A stretch of DNA of 63,999 nt, the filler included, from Sanchytrium tribonematis (taxonomy: Eukaryota): assembly GCA_018985235.1 (NCBI GenBank). It is 6 parts of 6 records of this genome, joined end to end, with 100 filler letters (N's around TTAATTAATTAA, not from the genome) between each part and the next. Parts side by side here need not be neighbours in the genome. Positions count along the whole stretch, not along the records: positions 58,380 to 63,999 come from JADGIG010000589.1; 5 more parts are not named here. One strand, given 5' to 3'. Numbering within the stretch: the first letter of the stretch is position 1; each line of letters opens with the position of its first letter. This document shows, one piece after another, positions 58,380-63,999 of this stretch. The notes below the pieces were generated by a model that saw only the letters and a list, made by a program, of their open reading frames with translations, searched no databases and was not told the origin of the DNA. A program made the position numbers and the translations under genes.

Positions 58380-60042
58380 CAGTTGCTTATCTTTGTATCA
58401 AGTTGCAATGTGGTCTCACATGTGGCAAATGATCAAAATTGCAAATTTCGAACCAATAGGCAGTTACGGTGTACGGTGGAATAATATTGACTTATCATTT
58501 TGCCAATTACAATTTATTTGATTTGGTCAATTGGTATTGTTTTTGCAGTTATGAATTTAATCATTCATTTCCAAAAGTGTCACACTATTTACTGCAATTT
58601 ATTAATGACCAATTTCAAGACAGTTGCCATCTATGTATCAAGAACAACACGCAATACATCCTGAAGGTGCTTATAGTTTTATGAGATACATTAATGGCTT
58701 ATTAATTCAAAGAAATGTGTGTACGGATGAAGTATTTCTACAAAGATTATTGAAAAACAGATTGCTGTAAACCTGTATATAATAAGAAAAGAGATTTACT
58801 GCTACCAAGCGCGAGAAGATGAAGACATATCCATTGCTTAGTTATGTCAATAAATCTTCTTTTCTTTCTTTTTTCTTGATTGCCCCTCTAAACAATTTGC
58901 CAAATCTCTGCATTTCTAGCAAAACAGAGTCCGATGACATATTAATACCCTCTAGATGACCCACCAAATCACTGATTCTTACACTGTTAATTAAAAATGA
59001 CTCAACTAATGCAACAATTGAATGAAATCGAGTAGGAGTGTAAAAATGAAGCAATTTGGTGCTTAAAAATTGATATTCACGATGAATTTGTTCATTTCGT
59101 CTAATGTAGCCCACAATATGATTCATGTCCTTGATTACATTGCCATAAAACCATGTACATGCGTGCTTTAGAATTAAAATTAATCTATGAGGCACACAAC
59201 CTATCCAATTCCAGTTTGTACGGTTTCCAATGGCCATCATTTCTTTTGCATTATCTGTAAGCAATGTGATTTGCTTTGATTCCAAATTGGAATAAAAATT
59301 TAGTAAAATTTCTTTGATACAATGAATTACATTGTCCGTTGTGTGTTCCACTGTAAAGTCCCAATTTGCAAGATTAATGGTGTAATACAAATTATTATAC
59401 ATCAAATGACAATTGACTCCAATCATTGATGTTTGATCATTTGCTTTCCACAGATCAGTAGTAGAACAAATATGGGTCCAATTTTGGATTATATTTTAAT
59501 GATGTTCATATCTCATCCCTGATGTCACATTGGTAATGACGCGTTGTAGTGGAATCTGGTGCAATGTTGGGATGAAGAATTGCCTGAATATATGGATTTC
59601 TGGAATCCGAAAGAGGTCTAAAATTTATTGCTTGGGAGAGAGCCCACTTTTTGTTGTAGTTAAAATTTGCTCTTCCGATTGAAGAGGCATGGCCTTCAAA
59701 AACAATCCGCGACAAAACACATCTGTGTAGTGGGTCCGCGTCTTTAAAATGTCTAGTCATATTGGTGCATGTGACAGTATTTGTTTGAGTCAAATTACAG
59801 CAATAAACAAGATTACACAATAAACACTTCCATTTCAAGTTGTTATTCACTCTGTAAATTGAAACAAATTGCATTTCAACAAATTTGTCAGTATGAAATC
59901 TCTTTGACGATATACTTAAATTTGCAATTGTACACAATGGATGAGGACCAAATACAAGTTGCAGCTGTTGTGGAGTGCTTGAAGTACGCATTTGTGCCAT
60001 TTGCTGTGATGTCAAAGAGTCATCGCTAAATCTGGTACGCAT
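58380..60042 (-). pseudogene. Decayed hAT-superfamily transposase
   Basis: BED-like CLLC...RHF, TTDLW, TDNAKEM, CVPHRL, PTRFHS; stop and frameshift near 59480-59508. Confidence 0.8.
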
Positions 60043-60456
60043 TGAATTTATTTATTGCAAATCCAGATTCAAATTCGGGAATTTCGATCTATTTAAAAGC
60101 AAATGTCAATAAATTTGAACCTGTTTAAAATTCAAAATGTGCGAATTTAGACCGTCTAATTAAATACCCATTTTAGTCAAATTTGCGTTTCAAAGTCAAA
60201 GTCGGGACCGTTAGCTGCAATTCGTTTGATTCCTCTAAAAATTGTTTTTAAATCATCTTAAAACCCTATGGGTCTTGATATATTGTTCTTTGATTGTCGT
60301 ATGTGGCTTTTCCAGGTAGTGTATTATCGGATTTCACAATTGTACTAATCCATTCAACAGATATCGATGGTGAAAGATCTTAAAACGTTATAGATGGGTC
60401 ATAATGTAAATAGTTACTCAGATAAGTTATAATAAATTCACTCTTTAATTGATTGT

Positions 60457-60900
60457 GTGATTCTAACAATTCGATACATAAATTTTGGTGGTATTGTGCC
60501 TCTGTTGGATTCATATCAGCTGTATCAATGTTATACATTTATTGCAGTGACATACAAGAAAACAGCATTTGTGGTGGATTGTACATATGGTTTATATGGA
60601 TGCACGTGTAATTTCAATGTAACACATCGATTACCGTGTGTACACATCCAATATTTGATTCCAAGGGTGCTGGATAGATTGGATTTGTACAAGGATATGG
60701 TGCCAAGTATGTGGATATTACTCAAGAGGTCCCCAAATACATGTAAATTGAGAATTAAACCGATTGGTGACCAACTTGACATGATTTGTGAAAATGTCCT
60801 TGAAATGAGCAATTCTGTGGTTTTGGAGGATGTGATGAATGTTGTGGCACCAGTGGGGAACAATACACGTGATAAAAAGGATGTTAGGTCTAAATATTAG
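60457..60900 (+). pseudogene. SWIM zinc-finger fragment, probably MULE/Mutator-derived
   Basis: CTCNFNVTHRLPCVH = CxCx(n)CxH SWIM motif in a transposon-rich contig. Confidence 0.6.
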
Positions 60901-62279
60901 CGGGAAATTGATAATTTGATGGACCTAATGGTTGAGGATGTTGGAATGACTGAATTAGAGATGGCAAAGATTCTGGATGTAGCAATGAGTGTGATAAGAC
61001 GACGTGATCAATAAATTAGTGATTGGATAATTCTTTGGCTTGTAATTTGATGTTTAATGCAATGGCAAAAATGAATGAGGGATTGAACCTCATAATACTG
61101 TTTAAGATGCCTAGATGATGTACTGTAATCAAGAGATACAACGACTAGTGACTATATTCCAACAAATAGCAAGTTTGGCACGACTTGCAAAGAGCAGCGC
61201 GTGTCATGTTCATGGGGGTTTCGAGGAGGAATTAGGGAGAAATTCTTTATTTTATTTTATTCCAACGTTAAAACTTAAAAAAATGCTTTTCTATGAATGC
61301 AACCGTGATCTAAAGGGTATATTGTATCTATTTACAAGCATTTTGGGTCTGATTTGTAAGCTATTTGAAATATGGGGTACTAAAATCACAAATTGTGTTT
61401 AATCTACCACCCGTTGATTGCAAATTCACCAATATATAGCAAAATTACTTCTAAAATTGAGAAAATCTTTGTTTATTACTAGAATATACATTAGACAAGG
61501 TTTTGCTGACTCTGATTTAGTATTTTGTTAGTTAGTGCCGAGTTTTTGCCTCATCTGGTGGGCAATAAATGGGGTTTTTGACATTTTTAAAGCAGTACTC
61601 ATTTTAAAGTCAAAATAGAATCATAAACACGCTAAATTTATTCACATGTATTTAAAAAGCGCATCAAATTGGCGTTTAATAGTTTACTACACAAAATTTC
61701 GTTAAATGGCAAACTTTGGGAATCCAAATCAACAAAATGAAGTGATATGTTTTTTAAATCATTTATTTAAGTGATCCCTTCGTTATGCATTCTGACAGAT
61801 ATATACTTTTCAGTTTAATGCTATTTTGATGATTTTATGGCCATTTTAGTAAGTAAATACATCTTTCTATTCGTGTTCTTTATCAATTGTCTTTTGGATG
61901 ATCATATATACTTCTGACATAATCTTTTAATAAGTAATCAAGAGTGACAAATGGGCAACAAATTGACCCTGTTTTTAATCGGAGATCGACGGAGAATTGG
62001 GGAATTTTCTTTCATTAATTAAAAATACACGTGCAAATACATCATGTGCTGATTGCATCATCTTCTTTTACGGTTTACGGTGTGATAATGATCACTCAAA
62101 ATTGTAAAAACTACCATTTTAAGAATAAATTAAAATCAGGAATGACCCCCTTCAGAGGGGGATTCAAGTCACCGGTGGAACTTTGGTGAGATAAATTGAT
62201 TGGCTAAAATTGTGCAACTGTTTGACCATCTCCTTTCATTCTTCAACTTGCAATTCACTTGGGTGAACGGGTGAAGCAA

Positions 62280-63407
62280 ATGTCGGACTCGTCAGATGAA
62301 GATTTAATTATTATTAAGTACCTACATTCCAAGTAACAGAAGCCAAAGAGACAACCAAGGACCCATTATCATTCAATTGTGAAAATTAGAGACTGGTTTG
62401 AAGTGAATGTTCCACAATTATCCGAAAGACGGTATAAATACTTCTTTTGAATGACTAGAAGTCATTATGAGTACTTTAAGCAAACAATACTAAATAGCGG
62501 GTCACCATATCTTGAAAATTTGAATATTGGCAAATTGTAGCTAGATAAACGTATTCATTTATTGTTATATTTTATTGGAAACAACGCGGACACTACAGAA
62601 ATTAGTGATAGATTTAACATTTCAGCAGGAAGTGTAATATATTCTATTGATCAGATGTTACAATTAATAAATGACATTTATGGAATTTATGTCAAATGGC
62701 CAACACAAGAGGAAAAAAGACAAATAAAGCATAGGTTCTGGTTGACGTCATCGTTAGATAATTGTATTGGTGCAGTTGATGGCACTCATTGCAGCATTCC
62801 TGGAATTGGCAAATTCAAGCAAAGTTATGTTACTAGAAAATGCCAGTACGGCATCAATATTACTGCAGTTTGCACACCCAGCAAACAGATTTCTTATGCT
62901 GTGGTTGGAGCACCAGGATCATATCACGATAATTGTGTTTGGGAGTTAAATGATATTTTTAAAAATTCAAACAATTACTTCCAAAATCAAGAATATCTGT
63001 TCGGGGATAGTGCCTATACATTGAATGAGCGCATGATGACACCATATATTGGTAATGTGGATCAAAACAAAAGGAATTTCAATTTTAAGCACTCTCAAGG
63101 ACGAATCATCATTGAAAATACATTCGGTTTATTAAAATGTAGAATTAAGATAATGGGCCAACAAATGAAGTGTATGAAGCTTTCCAAATGTGTGTTAGTA
63201 TCTAAAGCATGTATTACGGTACATAATATAATAATAGAATATGACAAATTGTGTAATTTAGAAACTAATTTTGAAATTGAGGAAGATGACTTATACATTT
63301 CAGATTGGAATGAAATGCAACAATTGAATCAACATGGACCATCAGTAACAGGTGTATCTATCACTGGACATTCAAGACGTGAGAGACTTCATTCTACTTA
63401 TCAATAA
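62280..63407 (+). mobile_element. PIF/Harbinger DDE transposase with three in-frame stops in the 5' part
   Basis: GAVDGTH, PGSYHD, GDSAY, FNFKHSQGRIIIENTFGLLK; upstream frame from ATG 62280 contains F*M where the family has FRM. Confidence 0.88.
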
Positions 63408-63412
63408 ATAAT

Positions 63413-63999
63413 TTATTGTTCTTTTGCTTCTTTACTCAATTTAGCAAATTGCAACGCATCATTCATTCCTGCTTCTTCGAATTTCTTGTAGATATCTGCT
63501 TTCTGTGAAATTAATGCAAGCTCTTTTTCCTCCATTTCCTTTGCAAATTTTTTTTCTTAAAGATTCTCTCATCTTCATCATTTGCATTTGTTTCATTTGG
63601 AGCAATTTCTCCCATCATCTTCACGCTCTTCATCATTATAAATTTATCAAGTAAATCACCACTAGTTAATGGTGTGGAAATGGTTCCTGCTGCTTTTCCT
63701 TTTGGAGTTGTCGATTTCCCGGAATCCATAATCTCCGGCTCTCCTTTTGGAGTCATTGCAATGGCTGACTTGAAATTTTCACAAATAACTTTACAAACAG
63801 CATCATCAATGTCTTTGGCAAATCCTACAATCTTCCAATATGATCCCTCAATTGCTGATGCTCCAGATTGATCAATCCATTCCTTCAATTTAATTCCCCA
63901 CTTCTCAAAATCCTTTTCCTTCGATCTAATGGATTCTATGGATCTAATAAATCCATTTTCTTCTAGTTCTTTGGAAACAATAGCATGAAAATCATGCAT
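63413..63999 (-). mobile_element. Harbinger Myb/SANT-like partner ORF (5' end outside window, frameshifted near 63550)
   Basis: SKELEENGFIRSIESIRSK trihelix-like motif; tail-to-tail with the transposase; alternate frame ends at 63413. Confidence 0.65.

Noticed and set aside
61115..61402. 95-aa ORF in the transposon contig
   Set aside because: No motif or codon signal; likely spurious or decayed TE sequence
62146..62190. CCCCCT-TCAG-AGGGGG hairpin and GGTGA repeats as the Harbinger left TIR
   Set aside because: The other end lies outside the window, so TIR/TSD cannot be verified

Overview
Eukaryotic nuclear DNA, not prokaryotic. It is six unrelated contigs (1-6688, 6789-13459, 13560-20229, 20330-51513, 51614-58279, 58380-63999) joined by artificial 100-nt N/TTAATTAATTAA spacers. 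The genome is AT-rich and very compact, with many intergenic gaps of 10-40 nt, some overlaps, and AATAAA frequently fused to the stop codon. Gene content (HEM1, a PacC-like zinc finger, SPEF1, a CDKL kinase, expanded secreted LRR proteins) suggests a reduced flagellated early-diverging fungus; a sanchytrid-like organism is my inference only. Main discovery: every split conserved gene is repaired by one ultra-short spliceosomal intron. Of 13 introns, 12 are exactly 19 nt and one is 20 nt. All are GT...TAG with a fixed T-H-A-Y-N-TAG 3' end, placing a putative branch A at -6. No gene has more than one, and they are biased to the 3' part of the CDS. Other highlights: a stand-alone cortactin N-terminal acidic (NTA) protein, a candidate H/ACA snoRNA, a DH-PH protein with Sec7 inserted into the PH domain, a pair of orphan secreted paralogs, LRR paralogs sharing a promoter motif, two candidate microproteins, tRNA-Pro(TGG), and a contig of decayed hAT, MULE and Harbinger transposons.
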